Positions 9,284-17,723 of a stretch of 64,000 nt of DNA are shown here, piece after piece. The stretch comes from Candidatus Binatia bacterium (lineage in GTDB: Bacteria > Desulfobacterota > Binatia > HRBIN30). Every line of letters starts with the position of its first letter. Position 1 is the stretch's first letter. The stretch lies in contig JBBRSP010000009.1 in the NCBI GenBank assembly GCA_038245295.1, positions 32,001 through 96,000 of the forward strand, in the 5' to 3' direction. The notes below the pieces were generated by a model. The model searched no databases. It had not been told where the DNA came from and saw only the letters and a program-made list of their open reading frames with translations. The position numbers were made by a program, and so were the translations under genes.

Positions 9284-9928
9284 ATGGCTCTCTCCTCGAC
9301 CACGCTCGCGAAGCCCCGCTGCGTTCAAGCCCGGGGCGAGGCGACGCGCCTTCGCATTCTCGAGGCGACGCTCTCGTGCATCGCCGAGGAGGGCTACGCA
9401 CAGACGAGCACCGTGCGCGTCTGCGAGCGTTCGTGTACCTCGCGGGGGTCGCTGCTGCACCAGTTCTCCACCCGCGCCGAGCTAATGGCGGCGGCGGTTG
9501 CCTACCTCTTCGAGGGCCTGACGGCGGCCTATGTCGATGCCTTCGCGGGCATCCAGCCCGAGGCGACTCACGGCGTCGCCCGGCGCATCGAAGTCGCGGG
9601 CAACCTGCTACGCGCTGCCTATGCGGATCCGCGCCTGCCGGCGGTGCTCGATATCTACGCGGCTGCCCGAACCGACGCCGAGCTGATGGCCGCCCTCAGG
9701 CCCGTGGCCGCGCGGCACCGTCAGACGGTGCGCGAGATTGCGCACAAGCTCTTTCCGAAAACGGTCACATCGAAGCGCGCCAGACGCCGTCTCGAGGTGG
9801 TACTCGACGCCCTACAGGGCCTGGCTTTCCGCAGTGTAGTGTACGCCGAAGGCGCTGGTGACACGATCGAAGGTGCAAAGGAGCTTCTCGTCGAGGTCTT
9901 CACAGATGCACGCAAGGAATCCGCATGA
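9284..9928 (+). CDS. TetR/AcrR family transcriptional regulator
   Basis: N-terminal HTH: TRLRILEATLSCIAEEGYAQTSTVRVCERSCTSRGSLLHQFSTRAEL. Confidence 0.92.
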   Translation: MALSSTTLAKPRCVQARGEATRLRILEATLSCIAEEGYAQTSTVRVCERSCTSRGSLLHQFSTRAELMAAAVAYLFEGLTAAYVDAFAGIQPEATHGVARRIEVAGNLLRAAYADPRLPAVLDIYAAARTDAELMAALRPVAARHRQTVREIAHKLFPKTVTSKRARRRLEVVLDALQGLAFRSVVYAEGAGDTIEGAKELLVEVFTDARKESA

Positions 9929-10129
9929 ACGATCCGATGTTCGGCACCCAATTCCGAGTACGGGGGTTTTCGTCCGCCCACCGCGGATTGGCTGATCGAG
10001 GTCACGGAGAGGATGGCGACCAGCTACCTCGAGCATATCGATTTCGCGAACCGCGCGGCAAGCATCGAATCAGGGCCGACGCTGCTGGTTTTCGACGTGA
10101 TCAAGCAACGACTGCCGAACGGCGCGTGA
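9925..10129 (+). pseudogene. Probable truncated/frameshifted gene remnant coupled to TetR
   Basis: ATGA overlap with the TetR stop; a shifted frame at 9986-10129 (DWLIEVTERMATSYLEHIDF...) has gene-like codon usage. Confidence 0.35.
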
Positions 10130-10220
10130 CCACCGGAATTCGGCAGATCCGGAGCAGTCCGTGGCTGCAGCCCGGAACAATGACCGAGCACACCTCAACA
10201 TCAGACGCACGAGACATCCG

Positions 10221-11168
10221 ATGACCAAGCGCACACTGGACAAACGAGACATCCCCGGCGCGCTGCTGGCGGGGGCCCGTTGGCTCGCGAACCCGGTTTC
10301 CGAGGGCGGCGCCAAGCAGGTCCCCCGCATTAAGCTCCTGGCGGCCGGCCCGGAAATCCTCGGCGACATCGAGCGGATGCGGACCCATCCAACAGGCAAG
10401 CGGATTCTCGACGAGCGGCCCGATCTCGGCGCAGCCCTCTCGGACTCTGCCGCGCTGACGGCCATGCCCGCGGGAAGCCTCGGCCGGACGTTCTCCGAGG
10501 CGATGGAGATCCCCGGAGGCGTGCCCGGCTTTCTCCTGGCGGCGTTGATCTACAAGGATGGGTTCCTCGATTCTTTCGAGATGAGCGAGGATGCGCAGTA
10601 CTACATCGCACGCTCCAGGTGGCTTCATGACCTATTCCATATCGTAACCGGGTACGGCACCGACTTGCCCGGGGAAGGACTCCTCATCTACTTCGCGCTC
10701 GGATACGAGCACCGCATGCCCTATTGGGCGGCGTCCCTTGCGCCTCTCGGTATCGGCCCGAGATTCTTCATCCGACCGAGTTGCGGGCAGCGACACTGGC
10801 GAGCCCTCCTGCGGGACGCCCATGCGCGGGGGCGCGCGGCCAACCGGGTCTGCCCGCCCGAATGCGTCCCGTGGGAGGAGCTGCTTCCACGCCCCCTCGA
10901 CGAGGTCCGCGAGGAGCTCGGCATCGTCCCCTTCCTCGAAGACACGTCGCGCTGGCTCGACCACAGTTGGTTCGGGCGGCAGGCAGCGAACGGCTTCGGC
11001 GCCTACCCGAAATCGGCGAAGCGCGCACAGCTCGCCCTGGCTGTCGTGAAGGCCGGCGTCGACTACCGGGATCTGTACCGCTCCAGCGAGGAAAAAGCGG
11101 GCAAGCTCTTTCGCCTCGCCGCCGCCGGCGCCTCCGCGGAAGAGATCCGTGCCGCGGCAGCGGCCTGA
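10221..11168 (+). CDS. Coq4 family protein
   Basis: GKRILDERPDL, AMPAGSLGR, HDLFHIVTGYGTDLPGE (HDxxH-x11-E), WEELLPRPLDEVREELGI. Confidence 0.85.
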   Translation: MTKRTLDKRDIPGALLAGARWLANPVSEGGAKQVPRIKLLAAGPEILGDIERMRTHPTGKRILDERPDLGAALSDSAALTAMPAGSLGRTFSEAMEIPGGVPGFLLAALIYKDGFLDSFEMSEDAQYYIARSRWLHDLFHIVTGYGTDLPGEGLLIYFALGYEHRMPYWAASLAPLGIGPRFFIRPSCGQRHWRALLRDAHARGRAANRVCPPECVPWEELLPRPLDEVREELGIVPFLEDTSRWLDHSWFGRQAANGFGAYPKSAKRAQLALAVVKAGVDYRDLYRSSEEKAGKLFRLAAAGASAEEIRAAAAA

Positions 11169-11361
11169 CGGACGGTCTGACGGGACGCGGCGACGACTCG
11201 GACAATTCGTCCCGCCCGATTGGCAGCCCCATGTGCCGGGGGGTCGGCATCCCGGGAGCCGGGTCGTGGTGGTACAGGCTTCCAGCCTTTACCTGCCTCG
11301 GGGGCGGCCGAACCGTAGTACGGTTCGGCCGAAGTTTCGGGCGCGTCCGATATGTACCCTT

Positions 11362-11415
11362 ACACCTGATTGGACACCCACGCTCGGTGACACCTGATTG
11401 GACACCCACGCTCGG
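11362..11415. repeat. Tandem duplication of ACACCTGATTGGACACCCACGCTCGG (28-bp period)
   Basis: Two exact 26-nt copies; shares the TTGGACACCCA core with the 99-bp repeat. Confidence 0.9.
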
Positions 11416-11619
11416 AGGCGTCGGGGAGGGCTCCGGTTGCACGGCGACGCCGGCTCGAGAGCAGTTCAGATGGACTCAGTATGAGCCCAGGCGCCGACTC
11501 ACTTGGACAACATGCGGGCGCGTCGGGTAGCTGGATTGGGCGGGAGTAGGATGGATGTCCAGCGAGGCATACTCCTTGCGGGCTCCGTCTCCTCAGGGGC
11601 ACCCACCAAACTCGCCAGC

Positions 11620-11669
11620 TGTCAAGGCTCGCCTAAACTGACCGCCTCCAGCTCGGCCAAACTGACCAC
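11620..11669 (+). mobile_element. Orphan IS21-like terminal repeat
   Basis: TGTCAAGG start followed by two AAACTGACC boxes, an architecture typical of IS21 ends; no istA/istB in the window. Confidence 0.55.
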
Positions 11670-11808
11670 GCGTTTGGGATAAACATCCACAAGCGATCGA
11701 GCGAATTGTCCACAGCGTGTTGGCGTTGTTGAGGCAGACGCATTTCGCCGTGCCGCGGTGGGGCGGAGCGGCGCTGCGCAAGCTGACGCGCCGAGCGTGG
11801 GGAATGAT

Positions 11809-11907
11809 CGCAAGTTGGACACCCACCCACAAGACTCGGTGATTGTGCTGTGAGATCAGCGCCTTGGATGAACGCACCGCTTAGCGACTGTCACCAGGCG
11901 GAGATGG
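11809..11907. repeat. 99-bp dispersed repeat, copy 2
   Basis: Direct repeat of 5310-5408 with 6 substitutions. Confidence 0.9.
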
Positions 11908-12304
11908 TGAAGATCGGTCAAAGCGACGGCACCGTGGATCGCAGTCGATGGTCAGCCTTTGGGAGCCGTGGAGGGGTGAACCGAGGAGTCGCCCGGTGTC
12001 TTCAAAAGCGATACCGCCGTCCCGAAGCACGGAATGGGGTGTGGGGAAGATTTTGCGCCATTCCGATCCTCGGAACGGCCGACAAAGAAGTTGGGTAGCC
12101 ATTCCGTTGTGGGTTCCATCAGTCTGAGTTTATCCAAGGCCGTTCCGTCATTCAGTTGACGATCTTTCGTGCGATCTGACCCGATCGCCATTGGCTCGTG
12201 GTCGCGCGGGAGCCGTGCAAGCGCTCACGCGTCTTTAGATTTTGCACCACGACGGACACGAAGACCACGACGCGGGCTTTGCCCGCAAACCCAACGCAGG
12301 CCTA

Positions 12305-12411
12305 TTGCCACAGATGAATGGGATGAACACAGATGGCTTGTAAACAGACATCGCCAGCATCGCAGGCCCGACGGGCCTGCATCTGTGTGCATCCGTGTCC
12401 ATCCGTGGCAA
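12305..12411. repeat. Imperfect long inverted repeat (CACAGATGAA...CACAGATG type)
   Basis: 12305-12335 pairs with 12380-12411; inner GC hairpin GCAGGCCC-GAC-GGGCCTGC. Confidence 0.8.
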
Positions 12412-12437
12412 AGAGCGGCTGGTGGTGTGTAGGTCGC

Positions 12438-13679
12438 TCAATCTTCGCGCGCCGCCGCGAACAGCTGCTGCACGATCTGTCTGGCCGCTGAGTTCTGGAG
12501 CGACCGGTTCTGAAGGTCCGCGTCCAGGACTCGTTCGAGCGCTGCGCTCTGCGCCGCGGTTCGTAGGAAACCGGCGCAACGTTGAACCTCGGGCAGCAAC
12601 GCTCCGCTGGCGGCCGCCACGGCGGTGCGGACTTGCGCCAGCGTCAGACCGGCGGCGGGAGCTTCGGTTGAGTTGGCTTGGATCTCCTTGGCGAGACGAA
12701 TCAGGATCTCGAAGAGTGCCGCGGCGCCGTCGGGTGAGAGATGCAACTGGGCGGCGTCGGCGCGGGCCCGGGCCAGCACGGCTGTCTCTTGTGCCGCATC
12801 GGTGATCGGCACTCCGTCGCGGCGCTTCACCGCGGCGACGCTGGGCATGAGGCTGAAGCGCAGATCGATGTCGGCCGCGATGGCTTCGTAACACGCCTGC
12901 TGCGGCGTTAGACGCGCGAACTCACCGAGTTCAGCGCGCTGTTCGTCGAGCCAGCCGTCGCTCTCGCGCGCCGCCAGCCAGTCGTTCAGTTGATCGCGCA
13001 GCGGCAGGTGATCGAGCGGCAGGGCGATGGCTTTGCGATCGTGGGTGAACGGGCCGCAGGTCACGACGCCCTTCCATGTGGAGGCTTCGTACAGGTCACT
13101 GATCACGGCGTCGGCCTGCGCTGCGGCGAGAAGCTCTGGGAGTTTCAGATTGTTGGGTGTCGGCGCGATCGTCGCGTGCGGAAAGTGCAGACGCGTAACG
13201 CGCTCGAGATGGCCACCCGCATTCACCGCCAGGCGCACGGCAGGCTGATCCAGCGACTCCAGCGTCGGGAAGCGCTCGCGGTTGGCCGGCAACAAAACGG
13301 CAACGGCACCGCTCACGGCGTAGGGTCGAGTGAATGCCATCGACAGAGCCCGGTCGCCGCGCAGCGTGATTCCGCACAGCGCGAAATCCATGGTGCCGGC
13401 GCTCAAACTCGCCTGCAGCTCCGGCCACCGAAACGGCGCTGCCACGGGTGTCCCCAGTTGCAGATCAGCAACGAAGCGCCGCGCCAGTTTCAGATCGAAC
13501 CCGTCGTAGCCAAGCCAAGCTGTCGGATTGGTGCCGCAGAACGGCAGGTAGTCACCCGTGAGCCCGATGCGCGGACCTGCCGCCGGCACCGCCGCCGGCG
13601 ACGGACCTGCCGGTCGCGAGGTACATCCGATCGCAAGACAGAGGAGACCCAGCAGTGGGCAGCGGAGTCGAGTGCGCAT
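12438..13679 (-). CDS. Exported cyclohexadienyl dehydratase (PheC/SBP_bac_3 fold) fused to an AroQ-type chorismate mutase; predicted lipoprotein
   Basis: Lipobox LAIGC; RIGLTGDYLPF, GFDLKLA, LAVNAGGHLER in the PheC part; C-terminal IDLRFSLMPSVAAVKRRDGVPITDAAQE resembles periplasmic AroQ. Confidence 0.75.
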   Translation of the reverse strand: MRTRLRCPLLGLLCLAIGCTSRPAGPSPAAVPAAGPRIGLTGDYLPFCGTNPTAWLGYDGFDLKLARRFVADLQLGTPVAAPFRWPELQASLSAGTMDFALCGITLRGDRALSMAFTRPYAVSGAVAVLLPANRERFPTLESLDQPAVRLAVNAGGHLERVTRLHFPHATIAPTPNNLKLPELLAAAQADAVISDLYEASTWKGVVTCGPFTHDRKAIALPLDHLPLRDQLNDWLAARESDGWLDEQRAELGEFARLTPQQACYEAIAADIDLRFSLMPSVAAVKRRDGVPITDAAQETAVLARARADAAQLHLSPDGAAALFEILIRLAKEIQANSTEAPAAGLTLAQVRTAVAAASGALLPEVQRCAGFLRTAAQSAALERVLDADLQNRSLQNSAARQIVQQLFAAARED

Positions 13680-13765
13680 GGGTGCGCACGGTTGACACGG
13701 GCTGGAGTGGCAGGCAAGAGACGGCGGTTTCCCGGCAGCCTGGAAGCAGCTAAGGATCGAACCCG

Positions 13766-14245
13766 ATGGCACAACTGACGCAAAAGGAATTCAACTACGC
13801 GGTCGCCCTCCTCGCCCAGAACATGGGTTTGCAGCGCTTGCGCGACCGTTTGGTCAACATCCACGCCCTGACGACGCGCCGCGGCGTCAATTCGGCGGAG
13901 CAGCTCGCCGACCAACTCTACCTCCTCACCGGGGCCTTGCGTCGCCAAGTATCGGCGACGTTTGGATTCTACGCGCTGTGGAACGAATGCTTGCACGCCA
14001 AGCTTGGGGAAGAAGGCGAACAGCAGCTCGAAAAACTTGCCGAGGCGGTTAATGCCTGTTTGGGCGAACGCGACGTCATCATCGAAGAAAAGAGCGCCGA
14101 GCTCGACGCGGCGCTCAAGGTCTACGAAGAAGCGCTTGCCGAGAAGACCGGCAGCGAATTGGCGTGGATGGACATGATGCTGAAGGCCGTTCCTGGAGTA
14201 GCCGAACGTCTGCGCAGCAAGTCGCCGATCGGCGCCGCCGAGTAG
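13766..14245 (+). CDS. Hypothetical helical protein upstream of murE
   Basis: 159-aa ORF with typical codon bias, TAAGGA RBS, 12 bp before murE. Confidence 0.75.
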   Translation: MAQLTQKEFNYAVALLAQNMGLQRLRDRLVNIHALTTRRGVNSAEQLADQLYLLTGALRRQVSATFGFYALWNECLHAKLGEEGEQQLEKLAEAVNACLGERDVIIEEKSAELDAALKVYEEALAEKTGSELAWMDMMLKAVPGVAERLRSKSPIGAAE

Positions 14246-14257
14246 GCTCGTCTCGGA

Positions 14258-15775
14258 ATGGGCCTGGGTCCAAAGCCACTCGCGCAGCTCCTCGAACGAA
14301 TTCCGCATACCTGCCTGTGCGGCGATCCGGCGGTTGCCGTGCGACGCGTTGTCGCGGACTCGCGGCAGGTTGAGCCGGGCGACGTCTTCGTCTGCCTGCC
14401 CGGCTATCGTGCCGAGGGCGGCGAGAGGCGTGCCGATCGTCACGAATTCGCGTCGGTTGCCGTGGAACGCGGCGCCGTGGCGCTGGTCGTCGAACGTGAA
14501 GTCGACGTGCCCGCCGGAATCACCGTGGTGCAGGTGACCGATGCGTGGCAAGCGATCGCGCAGATGGCCTGTGCCGTCTTCGACCATCCGTCGCATCACT
14601 TGCTGACCATCGGCGTCACCGGCACCGCCGGCAAGACCTCGACGACATACTTCATCGAATCGGTCCTACGTCAGGCTGGGCGTCACCCGGCACGCCTCGG
14701 AACCATCGAGTACCGCATCGGCGACACGGTTCTACCGGCGGCGCAGACGACTCCGGAGGCGCCGCAGCTGCAACGGCTGCTGCGACTGGCTGTCGATCAG
14801 CACTGCGAGTCGGTGGTGATGGAGGTGTCGTCGCACGCGCTCGAGTTGCAGCGTGTTGGCGGTGTTGAATTCGACGTCGGCGTGTTCACTAACCTGAGCC
14901 AGGACCATCTCAACTTCCATCCCGACATGCATCACTACAGGCGCGCCAAGGGGCGGTTGTTCGAGTCGCTCGGCAGTGGCGGCAAGCAGGCGACGGCGGT
15001 GGTCAACAGCGACGATCCGGCGTGCGACTTCATGCTGTCCCTGAATCGCAGCCGGGCCATCACCTTCGGCGTCAACGAGCGCGCCGATGTGCGCGCCATC
15101 GATGTGGTCTCCGACCTGCGCGGCACGCGCTACACCGCCATCACGGCGCTTGGCCCGGTCGACGTCGCCATCCCGCACCTCGGCGAGTTTCACGTGCACA
15201 ACTCACTGGCGGCATTGGCAACCGGGGTGAGCCTCGACATCGGCCTGGAAACGATCGCCACCGGCCTGGCAGCGGCGCCTGACGTGCCGGGGCGCTTCGA
15301 GCTGGTCGACGCCGGGGCCGGTCAGCAGTTCCGTGTCGCCGTCGACTACGCGCACAAACCCGATGCTCTGGAACGCCTACTGCGCGGGGCGCGCGGGCTG
15401 CAGCCGCGCCGCCTGATTACCGTGTTCGGTTGTGGCGGCGATCGCGATCGCGCCAAGCGTCCGATCATGGGCAGCATCGCCGCCCGGTTGAGTGATCGGG
15501 TCATCGTCACCTCCGACAACCCGCGCCACGAAACACCCGAGAGCATCGTCGACGAGATCCTGGCGGGGGCGCGTGACAGCGGTGGCGCGGCGCAGGTATC
15601 GGTCGCGGTCGATCGGGCGGCGGCCATCGACCAAGCCATCCAGGAGGCGCAAGCCGGCGATCTCGTGCTGATCGCCGGCAAAGGTCACGAGACCTATCAG
15701 CTCTTCGCCGACCACCAGATCCACTTCGATGACCGCGAAGTGGCGCGACAGGCGCTGCGGCGCCGTCTGGGGTGA
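14258..15775 (+). CDS. murE: UDP-N-acetylmuramoyl-L-alanyl-D-glutamate--2,6-diaminopimelate ligase
   Basis: GVTGTAGKTS P-loop, TTPE, MEVSSHAL, FTNLSQDHL, VDYAHKPD, FGCGGDRD, SDNPR, AGKGHE. Confidence 0.96.
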   Translation: MGLGPKPLAQLLERIPHTCLCGDPAVAVRRVVADSRQVEPGDVFVCLPGYRAEGGERRADRHEFASVAVERGAVALVVEREVDVPAGITVVQVTDAWQAIAQMACAVFDHPSHHLLTIGVTGTAGKTSTTYFIESVLRQAGRHPARLGTIEYRIGDTVLPAAQTTPEAPQLQRLLRLAVDQHCESVVMEVSSHALELQRVGGVEFDVGVFTNLSQDHLNFHPDMHHYRRAKGRLFESLGSGGKQATAVVNSDDPACDFMLSLNRSRAITFGVNERADVRAIDVVSDLRGTRYTAITALGPVDVAIPHLGEFHVHNSLAALATGVSLDIGLETIATGLAAAPDVPGRFELVDAGAGQQFRVAVDYAHKPDALERLLRGARGLQPRRLITVFGCGGDRDRAKRPIMGSIAARLSDRVIVTSDNPRHETPESIVDEILAGARDSGGAAQVSVAVDRAAAIDQAIQEAQAGDLVLIAGKGHETYQLFADHQIHFDDREVARQALRRRLG

Positions 15776-16074
15776 ATCGCTGCGGTGCCTTCACTCACGC
15801 TGAGCACAGCGAGTGTGCCCGAGTGAGTACGTTTAATCCCGAGTGGCGCGTTGGTTTCGACGGTTGCCCAGGCCGGAGCGCGTCGCTCCGCGACCGCCCG
15901 ACTTCGGAATCCGCAACACGCTAGACGTTCCACCGCCAGGCGCCACGGAGTGGCGCGCTCCGGGCGATCCCGATTGATCGACCTATCCGCCGGCGGATCA
16001 GAAAGGCGGTTGCGTCCGGGGCGCGGCCGATACTAGAAGCGCCTGGCGTTTCATAAACACATTGGAGGTTCCCT

Positions 16075-17691
16075 ATGCGCGGCCGGATGATGGACTATCC
16101 GTTGACGATTACGCATCTCTTGGACCGGGCGCGGCAGTACTACCCCGACAAGTGGATCGCCACTCGCACGGCTAGCGGGACGCACCGTTACACGTATGCC
16201 GAGCTCGGCAACCGCGCCTGTCGCCTGGCGAACGCGCTGCGTCGCCTGGGCATCAAGCCAGGCGACCGTGTCGGCACGTTCGCCTGGAATACCTATCGCC
16301 ACCTCGAGCTGTACCTGGCGGTGCCTAGCGCCGGCGCTGTGCTGCATACACTCAACATCCGACTGTTCCCCGAGCAAATCGAGTTCATCGTCAACCACGC
16401 CGAAGACCAGGTGATCTTCGTCGACGATGCGCTGGTGACGGCGCTCGAGCCGCTGGCGGCGAAGTTCCGCAGCGTGCGCGCCTTTGTAGTGATGGGTGAC
16501 GGCCCGTTGCCGGAAACCTCCCTCAAACCGGTGTACCGCTACGAAGATCTCCTCGCCGCCGAGTCGGACGAGTTCGCGTTTCCGAACCTGGACGAGAACA
16601 CGGCGGCCGCCATGTGTTACACCTCGGGCACAACGGGGAATCCCAAAGGTGTCGCGTATTCACACCGCGCCCTGTTCCTCCAGAGCCTGGCGCAATGCGC
16701 CACCGACGCCTTTGGTCTCGGCGAGGCCGATGTGGTGATGTCGGTTGTACCGATGTTCCACGCCAACGCGTGGGGCCTGCCATTTACGTCGACGATGGTC
16801 GGCGCGTCGCAGGTCTATCCGGGAGTACAGCCGACACCGAAGGACATTTGCGATCTCATCCAGACACATCGGGTGACGGTAACCGGCGGTGTACCAACGG
16901 TACTCATCGGTATGCTCGGCGTTCTGGAGCAGCAGAAGTACGACCTCTCGAGCTTGCGTTGCGTCCCATGCGGCGGCTCGGCCGTCCCTGAGAGCCTGCT
17001 GGAGAAGTTCGACGAGATCGGCATCGACGTCGTGCAAGCGTGGGGGATGACGGAGACCTCGCCGCTGGCGACGATTTCGAAGCCTCGTAGCACGATGCGT
17101 GACCACACCGTCGGCGAACGTCGAAGAGTGCGAGCACGTCAGGGTCGCGCCATGTCAGGAGTCGAGACCCGCATCGTCGGCGACGACGGCAAGCCGCTGC
17201 CGTGGGACGCCAAGAGTGTCGGTGAGTTGCAGGTTCGCGGCCCCTGGGTGGTTGGCGAATACTACAACGACGAGCGGTCAAAGGACGCGTTCGACGATGG
17301 CTGGTTCAAGACCGGGGACATCGCCAACATCTGCCCAGAGGGTTACGTACAAATCAGCGATCGCGCGAAGGATGTGATCAAGAGCGGCGGCGAGTGGATC
17401 TCGAGTGTCGAACTGGAAAACGCCATCATGGGGCATCCGGGAGTTCTTGAGGCCGCGGTGATCGGACTACCGCACGAACGCTGGCAGGAACGGCCCTTGG
17501 CTTGCGTGGTAACTAAACCCGGCCAGACGCTAACGAAGAAGGAAATTGTCGACTACCTGACGCCGCGGGTCGCCAAGTGGTGGCTCCCGGGTGATGTCGT
17601 CTTCATCGAGTCGGTGCCCAAAACAAGCGTCGGAAAGTTCGCCAAGCGCGAATTGCGCGATCGGTTCAAAGACTACCACTGGCCTGACTAA
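16075..17691 (+). CDS. Long/medium-chain fatty acid--CoA ligase
   Basis: YTSGTTGNPKG, PMFHANAWG, WGMTETSP, GWFKTGDI, DRAKDVIKSGGEWISS, PKTSVGKF. Confidence 0.95.
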   Translation: MRGRMMDYPLTITHLLDRARQYYPDKWIATRTASGTHRYTYAELGNRACRLANALRRLGIKPGDRVGTFAWNTYRHLELYLAVPSAGAVLHTLNIRLFPEQIEFIVNHAEDQVIFVDDALVTALEPLAAKFRSVRAFVVMGDGPLPETSLKPVYRYEDLLAAESDEFAFPNLDENTAAAMCYTSGTTGNPKGVAYSHRALFLQSLAQCATDAFGLGEADVVMSVVPMFHANAWGLPFTSTMVGASQVYPGVQPTPKDICDLIQTHRVTVTGGVPTVLIGMLGVLEQQKYDLSSLRCVPCGGSAVPESLLEKFDEIGIDVVQAWGMTETSPLATISKPRSTMRDHTVGERRRVRARQGRAMSGVETRIVGDDGKPLPWDAKSVGELQVRGPWVVGEYYNDERSKDAFDDGWFKTGDIANICPEGYVQISDRAKDVIKSGGEWISSVELENAIMGHPGVLEAAVIGLPHERWQERPLACVVTKPGQTLTKKEIVDYLTPRVAKWWLPGDVVFIESVPKTSVGKFAKRELRDRFKDYHWPD

Positions 17692-17723
17692 CGCGGGCAG
17701 CAGTTGACAGAAGCGGGTAGCGA

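Noticed and set aside
11362..11415. Possible CRISPR repeat pair
   Set aside because: Only 2 nt separate the copies; this is a simple tandem duplication
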